DNA from: an uncultured Candidatus Rokubacteria bacterium
GTDB taxonomy: Bacteria; Methylomirabilota; Methylomirabilia; Rokubacteriales; CSP1-6
Length of the DNA: 64,000 nt
Assembly: GCA_963754315.1 (NCBI GenBank)
Contig: CAVWFS010000007.1
Coordinates: 512,001 to 576,000, forward strand
Direction of reading: 5' to 3'
The position numbers and the translations under genes are program-made. Below, one piece after another: positions 49,106-59,449 of the stretch. A model generated the notes under the pieces. The model was given only the letters and a program-made list of their open reading frames with translations. It made no database searches and was not told the DNA's origin. Each line of letters begins with the position of its first letter. Positions within the stretch are counted from its first letter, which is position 1.

Positions 49106-50220
49106 ACACGTTTCGCACCGCGCTCTCGGACATGCTCGGCATCGAGTATCCGATTCTCCAATCCGGCATGGGAAGCATCGCAGGCCCCGAACTGGTAGCC
49201 GAGGTCTGCCGCGCGGGTGGGCTCGGGATCCTCGCCGGCCTGAATCTCACACCGGACGATCTTCGTCAGAGGATTCGTCGCGTGCGCACGCTCACCGACC
49301 GCCCCTTTGGCGTCAACCTCTGGCTTCATTCCGAGCTTCGGCCCCCCATCGACGTGACCCGGATCGCCGATGAGACTGTCCTGTCTATCCAGCGCGTGCT
49401 GAACCGCTTTCGCGAGCGTCTCGGGGTCCCCATCACGCAGTCGCGCCCCCAGGCCATGCCCGCCCTGGTAGAGGCCGCCCTCGCGACGATCATCGAGGAA
49501 CGAGTGCCCATCTTCAGCGCGGGGATAGGCAATCCCGACGCGCCCATGGTGGAGCGCTGCCACCAGGCCGGCGTGAAGGTGATCGCCATGGTGACGACCG
49601 TCGATGATGCCCGGCGGGTTGCCGCCGCCGGTGTCGATGCCGTGGTCGCCCAGGGGGGCGAGGCAGGCGGACATCGTTCAGTCGGGGTCAAGCCCGTGTC
49701 CCCAGAGGCCGCCATGGTCGGCACGATCGCGCTCGTGCCCCAAATCGCCGACGCCGTACGGGTGCCGGTCGTCGCCGCCGGCGGTCTCGCGGACGGCCGG
49801 GGACTGGTAGCCGCCCTGGCCCTGGGCGCCACCGGCATCCTGCTGGGAACGCGGTTCGTGGCGACCCGGGAATCGATGGCGCCCGAGTTCTACAAGAAGA
49901 ACTTGCTCGAGCGCGAGGCGGAGACAACGACCGTGACCGATGCCTTCACCGGGCAGTGGGGACGAGCGCTACAGAACACGCTGGCCAGCCAGTACCGCGC
50001 GGCGGGGGCGCCGGTGCTTCCGAGCCTCCTCCAGGGTGTGATCGCACGCGACGTGTACGACGCGGCCGCCGCCAAGCAAGACGGTGAATACTTTCCGATG
50101 TGGGCCGGGCAGAGCGTGGGGCTCATCCGCGACCTGCCCGGGGCCGCTGACGTGGTCGAGGCTATCATCCGCGAAGCGCGTGCCGTGATTGCCGCCTTGC
50201 CCCAGCCTGGGCACTCTTGA
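49102..50220 (+). CDS. Nitronate monooxygenase family flavoprotein
   Basis: PILQSGM, PFGVNL, QGGEAGGH, VVAAGG.ADGRG, GTRF, WAGQ. Confidence 0.92.
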   Translation: MNTFRTALSDMLGIEYPILQSGMGSIAGPELVAEVCRAGGLGILAGLNLTPDDLRQRIRRVRTLTDRPFGVNLWLHSELRPPIDVTRIADETVLSIQRVLNRFRERLGVPITQSRPQAMPALVEAALATIIEERVPIFSAGIGNPDAPMVERCHQAGVKVIAMVTTVDDARRVAAAGVDAVVAQGGEAGGHRSVGVKPVSPEAAMVGTIALVPQIADAVRVPVVAAGGLADGRGLVAALALGATGILLGTRFVATRESMAPEFYKKNLLEREAETTTVTDAFTGQWGRALQNTLASQYRAAGAPVLPSLLQGVIARDVYDAAAAKQDGEYFPMWAGQSVGLIRDLPGAADVVEAIIREARAVIAALPQPGHS

Positions 50221-50254
50221 CTGCCCGGGACCGTCCAGAAATGAGGAGAGACCG

Positions 50255-51274
50255 ATGAAACTCGACATCGGCATGCTGACGCACGACCTTCAGTCCCTTC
50301 CCGGCTTCGCCCGCAAGGTCGAGGCGCTCGGCTATGACTGCCTGTGGTCGGCGGAGACCCAGCACGACCCCTTCCTCCCGCTGGCGGTGGCCGCTACCGT
50401 GACCTCCAGCATCAAGCTCGGGACGTCGATCGCGGTGGCCTTCCCCCGCAGCCCCATGATCACCGCGCACATCGCGTGGGATCTCCAGAAAGCCTCGCAG
50501 GGGCGCTTCATCCTCGGGCTCGGCTCCCAGGTGAAGGGGCACAACGAGCGGCGCTTCTCCGTGAAGTATGAGTCGCCGGCGCCCAAGATGCGCGAGATCG
50601 TCCTCGCCCTCCGGGCGATCTGGGACTGCTGGCAGAACGGCAGCAAGCTCAACTTCAAGGGCCAGTTCTACCGCTTCGATCTCATGACTCCTTTCTTCAA
50701 TCCGGGCCCCATTGCCCATCCCAAGGTGCCTGTGTATCTGGCCGGAGTGAACGAGCATATGTGTCGGGTCGCCGGTGAAGTCGCCGACGGGCTGCACGTG
50801 CATCCGTTCAACAGCCCGAAGTACTTGCGAGAGTCCGTCCACCCCTGGGTCGAGCAGGGCCTGCGTGTGTCGGGACGCGGGCGGGGAGACTTCGTGTACA
50901 CCACGTCGACCTTCGTGGTCGTGGGCGACACCGACGCGGAGCGCGCAGTGGCCACACAGGCCGTGAAGCAGCAGATTGCTTTCTATGCCTCCACGCGCAC
51001 CTACGAGCCTGTCCTGGCCGCCCACGGCTGGCAGGATCTGACCGCGCATCTGCATCGCAAATCCGTCGAGGGGGACTGGAAGGGCATGGCCGACCTCATC
51101 ACCGACGAGATGGTCGATACCTACGCGGTGACGGGAACCTACGACAACCTCGGCGAGCGGATCAAGCAGCGCTACGCCGGCCTGCTCGACCGCACGGCCT
51201 TCTATCAACCCTACCAGCCAGGCATCGACGATCCGCGCCTGCCCCGGCTCGTCAAGGAATTCAATCTCGCCTGA
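50255..51274 (+). CDS. LLM class (probable F420-dependent) oxidoreductase, MSMEG_2256-like
   Basis: ETQHDPF, IAVAFPRSPM, GLGSQVK.H.ERRFS, LMTPFFNPG, FYAST..Y. Confidence 0.9.
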   Translation: MKLDIGMLTHDLQSLPGFARKVEALGYDCLWSAETQHDPFLPLAVAATVTSSIKLGTSIAVAFPRSPMITAHIAWDLQKASQGRFILGLGSQVKGHNERRFSVKYESPAPKMREIVLALRAIWDCWQNGSKLNFKGQFYRFDLMTPFFNPGPIAHPKVPVYLAGVNEHMCRVAGEVADGLHVHPFNSPKYLRESVHPWVEQGLRVSGRGRGDFVYTTSTFVVVGDTDAERAVATQAVKQQIAFYASTRTYEPVLAAHGWQDLTAHLHRKSVEGDWKGMADLITDEMVDTYAVTGTYDNLGERIKQRYAGLLDRTAFYQPYQPGIDDPRLPRLVKEFNLA

Positions 51275-51283
51275 GAGGACTTT

Positions 51284-52312
51284 ATGAAGGCACTGGCGTT
51301 CAGCGAGTTCGGCGCCCCCGATACCTTACGGTTGCAAGACGTCCCCGATCCGGTCATCGGGGCCGAAGAGGTTCTCGTCCGGGTGCGCGCCTGCGCCCTC
51401 AACCATCTCGACATCTTCGTGCGCGAGGGCATTCCCGCTCTCAAGACGCCCCTGCCCTTCTGGACGGGGTGCGATATCGCCGGCGATGTCGCCGAGGTCG
51501 GAGCGGCTGTGAAGACGGTAAAGGTGGGGGACCGGGTCGCCGTGAATCCCAACCTCACCTGCGGGCGCTGTGAATTTTGCATGCAGGGAGAGGATAGTCT
51601 CTGCCTTCAGTACGGCATCTTAGGCGAGCACCTGCCGGGTGGCCTGGCGGAGCTGGTCAAGGTCCGCGGCGACAACGTGCTCCCCCTGCCTTCCCACGTA
51701 TCCTACGAAGATGCTGCCTCGTTCATCCTCACCAACATGACCGCCTGGCGGATGGTGGTGACCCAGGGGCAAGTCCGGGCCGGCCAGGATGTCCTCATCC
51801 TTGGCGTGGGCGGCGGCGTCTCTTCCACCGCGGTCCAGATTGCCAAGCTGTGCGGGGCGCGCGTGATCGTGACCTCGTCGAGCGATGCCAAGCTGGACCG
51901 CGCCCGCCAGCTCGGCGCGGATCTCGGTATCAACTACACCAAGGACGACTGGACCAAGGTCGTACGTGAGAGGACGGGCCGGCGAGGAGTGGACGTGGTC
52001 ATCGAGAACGTGGGCGCCCAGACGTGGAAGCAGTCGCTTCGTTCCCTCGTCAAGGGAGGCCGCCTGATTACGTGTGGCGCGACCACCGGTCCCATCGGCG
52101 AGACGGACATCCGGATCGTCTTCTGGAATCAGATCCACATCATCGGCTCGACCATGGCCAACCGGAAGGAATTTCATGACGTCATGCGTCTGTTCTTCGA
52201 CGGCCGCTTGCGCGCCATCGTCGACGAGGTCGTGCCCCTCAAGGAGGGTGCCGCCGCCCAGCAGCGCCTGGCCGAGGGTAGACAGTTCGGCAAGATCGTC
52301 TTGACGGTGTAA
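51284..52312 (+). CDS. Zinc-binding (MDR) dehydrogenase, paralog of 32555-33631
   Basis: CALNHLD, CGRCEFC...C, GVGGGV, GATTG, FGKIVL. Confidence 0.92.
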   Translation: MKALAFSEFGAPDTLRLQDVPDPVIGAEEVLVRVRACALNHLDIFVREGIPALKTPLPFWTGCDIAGDVAEVGAAVKTVKVGDRVAVNPNLTCGRCEFCMQGEDSLCLQYGILGEHLPGGLAELVKVRGDNVLPLPSHVSYEDAASFILTNMTAWRMVVTQGQVRAGQDVLILGVGGGVSSTAVQIAKLCGARVIVTSSSDAKLDRARQLGADLGINYTKDDWTKVVRERTGRRGVDVVIENVGAQTWKQSLRSLVKGGRLITCGATTGPIGETDIRIVFWNQIHIIGSTMANRKEFHDVMRLFFDGRLRAIVDEVVPLKEGAAAQQRLAEGRQFGKIVLTV

Positions 52313-52324
52313 GGCCCGCTTGAC

Positions 52325-52684
52325 ATGCGATCACGCGTCGCCGCCGTGGCCTCGTTCCTCGCTCTCCTCCTCACCGCTGCGCCCGCCGCTGTGGGTCACC
52401 ACGGCTGGAGCGGCTACGATTCCAGCACGACCTTGGAGCTGACGGGCATCATCAAGGTCTCCGGGTACGAGCATCCTCACGGGTACATCAATCTGGAGGT
52501 CCCCGGCAAGACGTGGCTGGTCGTGCTGGCGCCGCCTTCGCGCATGGAGCGGCGCGGCCTGCCGAGGGAGATGCTCAAGCCCGGGGCGACGGCCACCGTC
52601 GTGGGGTACCCCAACCGGACGGATCCCAACGAGATGCGCGCCGAGCGAATCACCCTCGAGGGCAAGACGGTCGAACTCCGCTGA
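52325..52684 (+). CDS. DUF6152-like secreted protein
   Basis: Signal peptide then HHGWSGYD, HPH, LAPP.RM..RGL, EMRAERI, ELR. Confidence 0.8.
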   Translation: MRSRVAAVASFLALLLTAAPAAVGHHGWSGYDSSTTLELTGIIKVSGYEHPHGYINLEVPGKTWLVVLAPPSRMERRGLPREMLKPGATATVVGYPNRTDPNEMRAERITLEGKTVELR

Positions 52685-53178
52685 TGCACCCTCCCGTTGG
52701 CCCCGCCTGGTTGGTCTGGCTGGAGACTTCGGCGCTGGCCGAGGCCATGCGCCAGTGGACGTGGCTCTACCCCGGCGTGGAGATTGTCCACATCGTGGGC
52801 TTCGTCGTCCTGGTGGGCGCGGCGATCATGTTCGATCTCAGACTCCTGGGCGTCTCGCCGGGTCTTCCCGTCATGGGATTGGAGCGCCATCTGCTTCGCG
52901 CCGCTCGCGCGAGCGTGGCCCTCGTGGTGCCGTCAGGGATCTTGATGTTCACGGCCCACGCCACCGAGATGGCCGACAACCCGGCCTTCCGCCTGAAGAT
53001 GGTCTTGCTGGTCGCCGCTCTCCTCAATGCTGCGCTCTTTCATCGTGCGCCGTTTCGCTCGGTGGCGGCCTGGAACCTGCACCGGCCGGCGCCCAGGACG
53101 GCACGCGCCGCCGCGGTGGTCTCCCTCGTTCTGTGGGTGAGCGTGATCACCTGCGGACGTCTCTTGGCGTACCTCTGA
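52684..53178 (+). CDS. DUF6644-like membrane protein
   Basis: YPGVEIVHIVG, DLRLLG, SG.LMF, NPAF.LKM, GRLLAY. Confidence 0.8.
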   Translation: MHPPVGPAWLVWLETSALAEAMRQWTWLYPGVEIVHIVGFVVLVGAAIMFDLRLLGVSPGLPVMGLERHLLRAARASVALVVPSGILMFTAHATEMADNPAFRLKMVLLVAALLNAALFHRAPFRSVAAWNLHRPAPRTARAAAVVSLVLWVSVITCGRLLAYL

Positions 53179-53188
53179 AGCCCGGAAG

Positions 53189-54173
53189 CTACACCTCTAC
53201 GGCGACGGTCTCTCGGCGCTCCGCGGATCGGTAGCAGGCGTCGGCCACGGCGACCGCGCGCAGGCCGTCGTCCACCGTGATGGGAAACGGGGTGCCTTCG
53301 CTGAGCGCTGTCACGAACGCTCTCAGCGCTTCGCGCACGGTCGGAACGGGCGGCATCACCGGTAGCTCGCGCCGCTCCCGTCCCCGCAGGAGATACGCGA
53401 AGCCGTGAACGTGGTCGCCGACGAGCTGGCCGCGCTCCCCCACCAGTTCGATAAGCCCGCTGCGCCCCAGGGTCGTTCGCGAGCCGGCGACCACCCCGGG
53501 TAAGGGAAACCCGCGCATCGTGTAGACCAAGGTGAAGGCGTCTTCCGTCTCCCGCGTGAAGCGGTGCTCCAGGAGCGCCCATACCCGGTCCACTTCGAGG
53601 CCGCTCAGGTAGCGTAGCAGGTCAAAGCTGTGCACCCCCGTGTGGAGGGCGATGCCCCCGCCTGCTTCCGCCCGCCGGTCGAGCCAGTCGAGCGACGAAG
53701 GCTCGAACCGCTGGCTGAGGGAGACGGTCTGCAGCGGCGCGATCTCGCTCAGGTGGGTCCGCAAGGCGCCACACGACAGCATTGAACCTGAGCGTATGGG
53801 CCACCATGCACCGCACGCCGTGGGCCGCCACCAAGTCGCGGATCCGACGGGCTTCGGCCAGGTTCACCGCCAATGGCTTCTCGATCAGCAGCGGCTTGCC
53901 GGCCTGGCAAGCGGCCTCCACCACCTGCGTGTGCAGGCTGGGCGGCACCGCCACCACGATCGCGTCGATACCGGGATCGCTCACGAGCCGACGAAAATCA
54001 TCGACCCATGCGCAACGATACGTGGCGGCAGCACGCTCACCCTCGGTACGATCCCGCCGGCAGAGGGCAACCAGCTGCGCCTCCGGCACGTCCTCGACGA
54101 TGTGCCGAGCGTAGCGAAGCCCGTGCTTGCCGGCGCCCACGAGGCCCAGGCGCAGCCGCGGTACGCGGGGCAT
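53189..54173 (-). CDS. Gfo/Idh/MocA oxidoreductase (apparent +1 frameshift near 53771)
   Basis: GLVGAG, IEKPLA, AHTLRF in one frame; GGG...HTGVHSFD and AVADACYRSA in the next. Confidence 0.85.
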
Positions 54174-54222
54174 TGTCCAATCTTTGGTCATCGTCGGCAC
54201 TCCGCGGATCGCTGCGCGAGGG

Positions 54223-55026
54223 TTAGAAGTAGCCGGGGTCACCGGGGAGGAGGGTCCGTTCCGGCGCGCCGTCTGGGCCGGAAACGAGCCGGGGCCGGAT
54301 CACTGTGATCTGGCGGCCGTCGAGCCGACCGAGCGCGTCGAGGGTGGACGCAGCGCCCTCGAAGAGTCTCAGGTTCCGCATGGTCGGCAGCCGCAGGGAG
54401 ATCTCGCCGCGCTCACGGGCGACGAGCGCTTCGCCCGGACTGAGCCACCGGACGTCCACGATCTCCCTGTCGTCGGCCACTGCCGTCTGCCCGGCCGGCA
54501 TAGGGGCCGCGAAGAACCGCGTGTCAAATCGTAATGGCCGCTCCTCGGGCGTGATCCAGTGCGCGACGTAGACGAGCTGATCCGTGGCCAGCCGCAGACC
54601 CTCAACGCGGAGCATGTCCCAGAATGCCCGATGGTCAGTCTGGCATGCGCGGCGATACTCGCTCGCACGCGTGGACTCGAGCCTGGCCGGGCGTCCGTCC
54701 GATCCGTACGCAAGGAGCACTCCCACTTCCTCGAAGGCCTCGCGGATGGCGCCGATCCAGTACCCGAGGGCATGGTGACCGTCATCGGGCAATCCGAGAA
54801 TGTGGGCGGCCCGCGTCCTGTCGAGTCCTACGCACCAGGCAGCCGCGTCGTGCGAGTGGTCGGCGACCTCGACCTTGCCCCCGGCGAAGACATAGTCACC
54901 GGCGGCGAACTTACTCGCGCGGTGACGCTGGATCAGCAGGATCTCGATCCCGGTCACAGGGTGGTCGCGCACGAGTACAAGGGTGGCGGCCGGCAATGGC
55001 GTGGCGGGCGGTCGTTTGACGGGCAC
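54223..55026 (-). CDS. NUDIX hydrolase (NUDT19-like)
   Basis: AATLVLVRD, VFAGGKVE, AIREAFEEVG, HWITP, RFDTRFF, LPT. Confidence 0.9.
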   Translation of the reverse strand: MPVKRPPATPLPAATLVLVRDHPVTGIEILLIQRHRASKFAAGDYVFAGGKVEVADHSHDAAAWCVGLDRTRAAHILGLPDDGHHALGYWIGAIREAFEEVGVLLAYGSDGRPARLESTRASEYRRACQTDHRAFWDMLRVEGLRLATDQLVYVAHWITPEERPLRFDTRFFAAPMPAGQTAVADDREIVDVRWLSPGEALVARERGEISLRLPTMRNLRLFEGAASTLDALGRLDGRQITVIRPRLVSGPDGAPERTLLPGDPGYF

Positions 55027-55086
55027 GGGTCAGTGTGCCACGATGACGCCTCGGCTGTCACCACTCCCAGAGGAGGCGCGTCGGGC

Positions 55087-55551
55087 ATGAGCGCGGAAGC
55101 TCGCCTGAAAGAGAGAAACATCGTGCTCCCCAAGCCGTCCACACCGATGGCGAACTACGTAGGCGCGGTCCGCACTGGCAATCTGCTCTTTCTCGCGGGG
55201 CACGGCCCCCTGCGGGAGGGCGGGGTGGCCTCGGCGCGCGGGAAGCTCGGCAAAGACCTGTCCGTCGAGCAGGGCTATCAGGTCGCGCGCGAGGTCGGCT
55301 TGAGTCTACTCGCCACCACCAAGGTCGCGCTCGGCAGCCTTGACAAGGTCAAACGCGTGGTCAAAGTCCTCGGTATGGTCAACTCGGCCGAAGGCTTCGG
55401 CGATCAGCCCAAGGTCATCAACGGCTTTTCAGACCTGATGGTCGAGGTCTTCGGCGAGGCCATCGGCAAGCATGCGCGGTCGGCGGTGGGCATGGCCGAA
55501 CTCCCGATGGGGATTCCGGTTGAGATCGAGATGATCCTGGAGGTCGAGTAG
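55087..55551 (+). CDS. RidA/YjgF family protein
   Basis: ANYV, LFLAGHGP, QPKVINGFSDL, HARSAVG..ELP...PVEIE. Confidence 0.92.
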   Translation: MSAEARLKERNIVLPKPSTPMANYVGAVRTGNLLFLAGHGPLREGGVASARGKLGKDLSVEQGYQVAREVGLSLLATTKVALGSLDKVKRVVKVLGMVNSAEGFGDQPKVINGFSDLMVEVFGEAIGKHARSAVGMAELPMGIPVEIEMILEVE

Positions 55552-55556
55552 ACACG

Positions 55557-55712
55557 ATGGCCAGCCTCGCAGACTTTGGCCTCGCTGCCGTCTCGCTCGT
55601 CTTCCTGGGTGTCTTGGGCTTCATCAGCGGTGTGGCCGTCCCGGGACTGTTCATGGCTGTCGTCGCCCCCTGGCTCGACTGGATTCTCCCGGCGCGCAAG
55701 CCGCGCTCCTAG
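55557..55712 (+). CDS. 51-aa hydrophobic small protein (below the ORF-track cut-off)
   Basis: MASLADFGLAAVSLVFLGVLGFISGVAVPGLFMAVVAPWLDWILPARKPRS*; fills the ridA to molybdoprotein gap. Confidence 0.5.
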   Translation: MASLADFGLAAVSLVFLGVLGFISGVAVPGLFMAVVAPWLDWILPARKPRS

Positions 55713-55737
55713 CGGAACGCCTGGGCGACCGGCCTCG

Positions 55738-58071
55738 ATGGGCGCCAAGTACTTCGGGGCGGCCGTCAAGCGCCGCGAGGATCCTCGATTCCTGCGCGGC
55801 GAGGCACGCTACGTGGACGACGTGGTGGTGCCGGGTATGCTGCACGCGGCGTTTCTCCGCTCACCGCATGCTCACGCGCGCATCGTCTCCGTCCGGACCG
55901 AGGCCGCGGCGGCCATGCCGGGGGTCGCGGGGGTATTCACCTTCGACACCTTGCGGCGCTGGATGAAGCCCCTACCCGTGTTCGGCGCCGCTCCCCCCGG
56001 TCTGGCTGAGAAGGTGAGATTCGACATCCGTCCCACCATCCAGTACGCGCTCTGCCACGAGCGGGTCCGCTACGTGGGCGAGATCGTGGGCATGGTCGTC
56101 GCGGACAGCCGCTATCGCGCCGAGGACGCGGCCGAACGCATCGAGGTGGAATGGGAACCGCTTCCCGCGGTGGTCGACATGATTGCCGCGGCCGAGCCGG
56201 ATGCCCCGCTCCTGCATCCCTCATGCGGAACGAACGTCGCTCTCGCCTTTCCGCACGCAATCGGTGACGTCCAGGCCGCCTTCGCCCACGCCGACGTCGT
56301 CCTGGAGGACACATTCCGGATCCAGCGTTACGTCGGCATGCCGCTCGAGGGGCGCGGCGTGGTGGCGGTGTGGGATCGACGTGACCGATCGCTGACCACG
56401 TGGAACAGCACGCAGGTCTCCCACTTCGTCCAGCAGGGGCTGGCAACCGCCCTGGACCTGCCGCCGCACAAGATCAGAGTGGTGGCGCCCGACGTGGGAG
56501 GCGGCTTCGGTACCAAGGCATCGGGCTACCCGGAGGACGTGCTCGTCCCGCTCGCGTCCATCGAGACCGGCCGGCCCGTGAAGTGGGTCGAAGACCGCCG
56601 CGAGCACATGATGAGCGCCGCCCATGCCCGTCACCAGACTCACGAGATCGCGCTGGCCGCGACCCGTGATGGCACCATCCTGGGCGTCCGTGACCGTATC
56701 TGGCTCGATCTTGGCGCGTACAGCGTCTGGGGCGTGGTCCTCCCCTACAACACGGTCGCCCACCTCATCGGGCCCCACCGCATCCGCAACATGCAGGTTG
56801 ACGTCAAGGCCGTCCTCACCAACAAGACACCCAACGCTCCCTATCGCGGGGCCGGGCGGCCCGAGACCGTGTTCGCCATGGACCGCGCCGTCGATTGTCT
56901 GGCGCGCCGGCTCGGGATGGACCCCGCAGACCTTCGCCGCAAGAACTACCTGCGCGGCGACGAAATGCCGTACGACCTCGGCATGCCGTACCGCGACGGC
57001 AATCCCCTCGTGTATGACACCGGAGACTTCGCGGCCACCCTCGAGTCTGCCCTCACCGCCAGCGGCTACGCCGACTTTCGTCGCGAGCAGCCCGCGCTGC
57101 TTGACCGCGGCATCCATCGTGGAATCGGCATCTCGGGATACGCGGAGGGGACGGCCATCGGGCCGTACGAGGGCGTGACCATCAAGGTCGACGCCAGCGG
57201 ACGGGTCCTCGTGGCGACCGGAGCTGTGAACTCTGGCCAAGGTCACGAGACGAGCTTCGCCCAGGTCGCGGCTGACGTTCTGGGCGTGCCTCTGGACTGG
57301 GTGACGGTGATCGGTGGCGATACGGGGGCTGTTCCATTCGGCACCGGCACCTACGCCAGCCGCAGCGCCGTCACGGCAGGCAGTTCCATCGTGGACGCCG
57401 CGCGCCAGGTGCGCGACAAGCTCGCTCGCGCGGCCGCCGCGCTGCTCGAAGCCGCGCCAGGTGACATCGAGATCGAAGACGGCCGCGCGGCCGTGCGCGG
57501 CGTCCCTGGATCGTCCATCGACCTCGCGCGTGTCATCCAGGCAGCGATGCCGACCTTCGCCAAGCCAGGGGTCGCCTCACCCGACTTCGAGGCGACCGCC
57601 TACCACCACGTTCCCACCGTCACCTGGGCGAGCGCCGTGCACGTGGCCGTAGTCGAGGTGGACACGGGGACCGGGCATGTGAAGCTGCTGCGCTACGTGG
57701 TGGCTCATGACTGCGGCAAGATCATCAATCCGACCATCGTGGAGGGACAAGTTCACGGTGGCGTGGCCCAGGGCGTGGGCGGGGCGCTGTTCGAGGAGAT
57801 CGTCTACGACGAGCAGGGCCAGCTCCTCACGGGGACCCTGCTGGACTACCTCGTTCCTTCCGCCATGGAGCTGCCTGCCATCGAGACCGTCCACCTCGAG
57901 TACCCATCGTCCCGCAATCCGCTGGGCATCAAGGGACTCGGGGAAGGAGGCGCAATCTCACCGCCTGCCGCCATCGCCAACGCCATCGACGACGCGCTTG
58001 CCCCCTTCCACATCCGGGTGCGGGAGACACCCGCCAGCCCGGCTCGTCTGCTCGCTTTGCTCGGGACGTGA
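55738..58071 (+). CDS. Xanthine dehydrogenase/CoxL-family molybdopterin-binding large subunit
   Basis: KRREDPRFL.G...YVDD, DVGGGFGTK, PYRGAGRPE, GQGHET, ASRS, GQVHGG..QG, KGLGEGG. Confidence 0.93.
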   Translation: MGAKYFGAAVKRREDPRFLRGEARYVDDVVVPGMLHAAFLRSPHAHARIVSVRTEAAAAMPGVAGVFTFDTLRRWMKPLPVFGAAPPGLAEKVRFDIRPTIQYALCHERVRYVGEIVGMVVADSRYRAEDAAERIEVEWEPLPAVVDMIAAAEPDAPLLHPSCGTNVALAFPHAIGDVQAAFAHADVVLEDTFRIQRYVGMPLEGRGVVAVWDRRDRSLTTWNSTQVSHFVQQGLATALDLPPHKIRVVAPDVGGGFGTKASGYPEDVLVPLASIETGRPVKWVEDRREHMMSAAHARHQTHEIALAATRDGTILGVRDRIWLDLGAYSVWGVVLPYNTVAHLIGPHRIRNMQVDVKAVLTNKTPNAPYRGAGRPETVFAMDRAVDCLARRLGMDPADLRRKNYLRGDEMPYDLGMPYRDGNPLVYDTGDFAATLESALTASGYADFRREQPALLDRGIHRGIGISGYAEGTAIGPYEGVTIKVDASGRVLVATGAVNSGQGHETSFAQVAADVLGVPLDWVTVIGGDTGAVPFGTGTYASRSAVTAGSSIVDAARQVRDKLARAAAALLEAAPGDIEIEDGRAAVRGVPGSSIDLARVIQAAMPTFAKPGVASPDFEATAYHHVPTVTWASAVHVAVVEVDTGTGHVKLLRYVVAHDCGKIINPTIVEGQVHGGVAQGVGGALFEEIVYDEQGQLLTGTLLDYLVPSAMELPAIETVHLEYPSSRNPLGIKGLGEGGAISPPAAIANAIDDALAPFHIRVRETPASPARLLALLGT

Positions 58072-58928
58072 AGCCGGCGCCCTTCGAATACTTTGATCCG
58101 CGCGAGCTCGATGAGGCCCTCGAGCGGATCGAGAGTTTCGGCGATGAAGCCAAGGTCCTCGCCGGAGGCCAGAGTCTCATGCCGATGCTCAATCTCCGGC
58201 TCGCTCGCCCGGCGGCGATCATCGACATCAACCGCCTTCCGGGTCTCGACACCTTCACCCCCGCCGACGGCACCTTGCGCCTGGGTGCGCTCGTTCGGCA
58301 GCGGAGTCTCGAGCGCTGGGCCTCGAGCCACCATCCCCTCCTGGCCGCTGCCTTGCGGCTGGTCGGACACTCGGCCATCCGCAACCGGGGCACCGTGGCC
58401 GGGAACATCGCCCACGCCGACCCTGCCTCCGAGCTGCCGGCCCTGCTCCTCTGCCTCGATGGCGCCGTCGTCGTGCGAAGTCGCGCCGGGACGCGGCAGA
58501 TTGCGGCGGGGGATTTCTTCCAGGGGCCCCTGATGACAGCGCTTCGAAGCGATGAGCTGGTCACGGAGACGCGCTGGCGCCTGCCCGATCCAGGCATGGG
58601 CTGGGGGTTCCACGAGGTCGCCAGACGGCACGGTGACTTCGCCCTGGTCGGCGCCGTCGCCGTCATCACCTGCCACGGCGGTCGCATCGCCAGCGCGCGG
58701 CTGGCCATTTTCGGAGCCGGATCGTCGGCCGTGCGGGCGCCGGCGGCCGAGCGTGCCCTCACCGGCCAGGTGCCGAGTCCCACGCTGCTCGACGAGGCGG
58801 CGGCGGCCGTCAGCGAGGGCCTCGACCCGCAATCGGACCTGCACGCGTCGGCCGCCTACCGTCGGCGTGTGGCAGGGACCCTGGCCGCGCGCGCGCTCAC
58901 GGACGCCCTGGCACGCGCAACGGCATGA
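58068..58928 (+). CDS. FAD-binding medium subunit (CoxM-like)
   Basis: KPAPFEY, LAGGQSL, IRNRGT..GNIAHADP, RRHGDFA, SA.YR. Confidence 0.93.
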   Translation: MKPAPFEYFDPRELDEALERIESFGDEAKVLAGGQSLMPMLNLRLARPAAIIDINRLPGLDTFTPADGTLRLGALVRQRSLERWASSHHPLLAAALRLVGHSAIRNRGTVAGNIAHADPASELPALLLCLDGAVVVRSRAGTRQIAAGDFFQGPLMTALRSDELVTETRWRLPDPGMGWGFHEVARRHGDFALVGAVAVITCHGGRIASARLAIFGAGSSAVRAPAAERALTGQVPSPTLLDEAAAAVSEGLDPQSDLHASAAYRRRVAGTLAARALTDALARATA

Positions 58929-59396
58929 CGACCCGAACGATCAGCCTGAGGGTCAACGGTCGGACGTACACAGGCACCGTGGAGGCTCGCATGACCCTGG
59001 TCGATTTTCTGCGCGACGAGCCTCGGTCTCACGGGCACTCACGTGGGATGCGAGCACGGCGTGTGCGGAGCCTGTACCGTGCTCGATGATGGTCAGCCCG
59101 TCCGAAGCTGTCTGCTCCTGGCGATCCAGATGGACGGGGCCAGCCTGACCACGGTGGAGGGCCTGGCGGACGGGGATCGGCTGCATCCTCTTCAGCAGGC
59201 CTTCTGGGATCATCACGGCTTGCAGTGTGGCTTCTGCACACCAGGCATCTTGCTCACGGCAAAGGCCTTCCTGGAGGAGCATCCACGCCCGACTGACGAG
59301 GAGATCCGCGAAGCCATCTCCGGAAACCTGTGCCGCTGCACAGGCTACCACTTCATCGTCGAGGCCATTCGCGCCGCCGCCAGCGCGCAGCAATAG
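58925..59396 (+). CDS. 2x[2Fe-2S] small subunit (CoxS-like; apparent +1 frameshift near 59021)
   Basis: VNG...TLVDFLRD then [29 protein letters not shown]. Confidence 0.9.
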
Positions 59397-59449
59397 GCGC
59401 CGGGCCTCTCGAAGACGGGCGTCTCCGAGGGCCATCGCCCGCCTGATCG

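Noticed and set aside
55738..59396. Aerobic CO dehydrogenase (form I coxL)
   Set aside because: The active-site loop is PYRGAGR rather than AYxCSFR, the order is L-M-S, and no cox accessory genes are present; this is a generic molybdenum hydroxylase.
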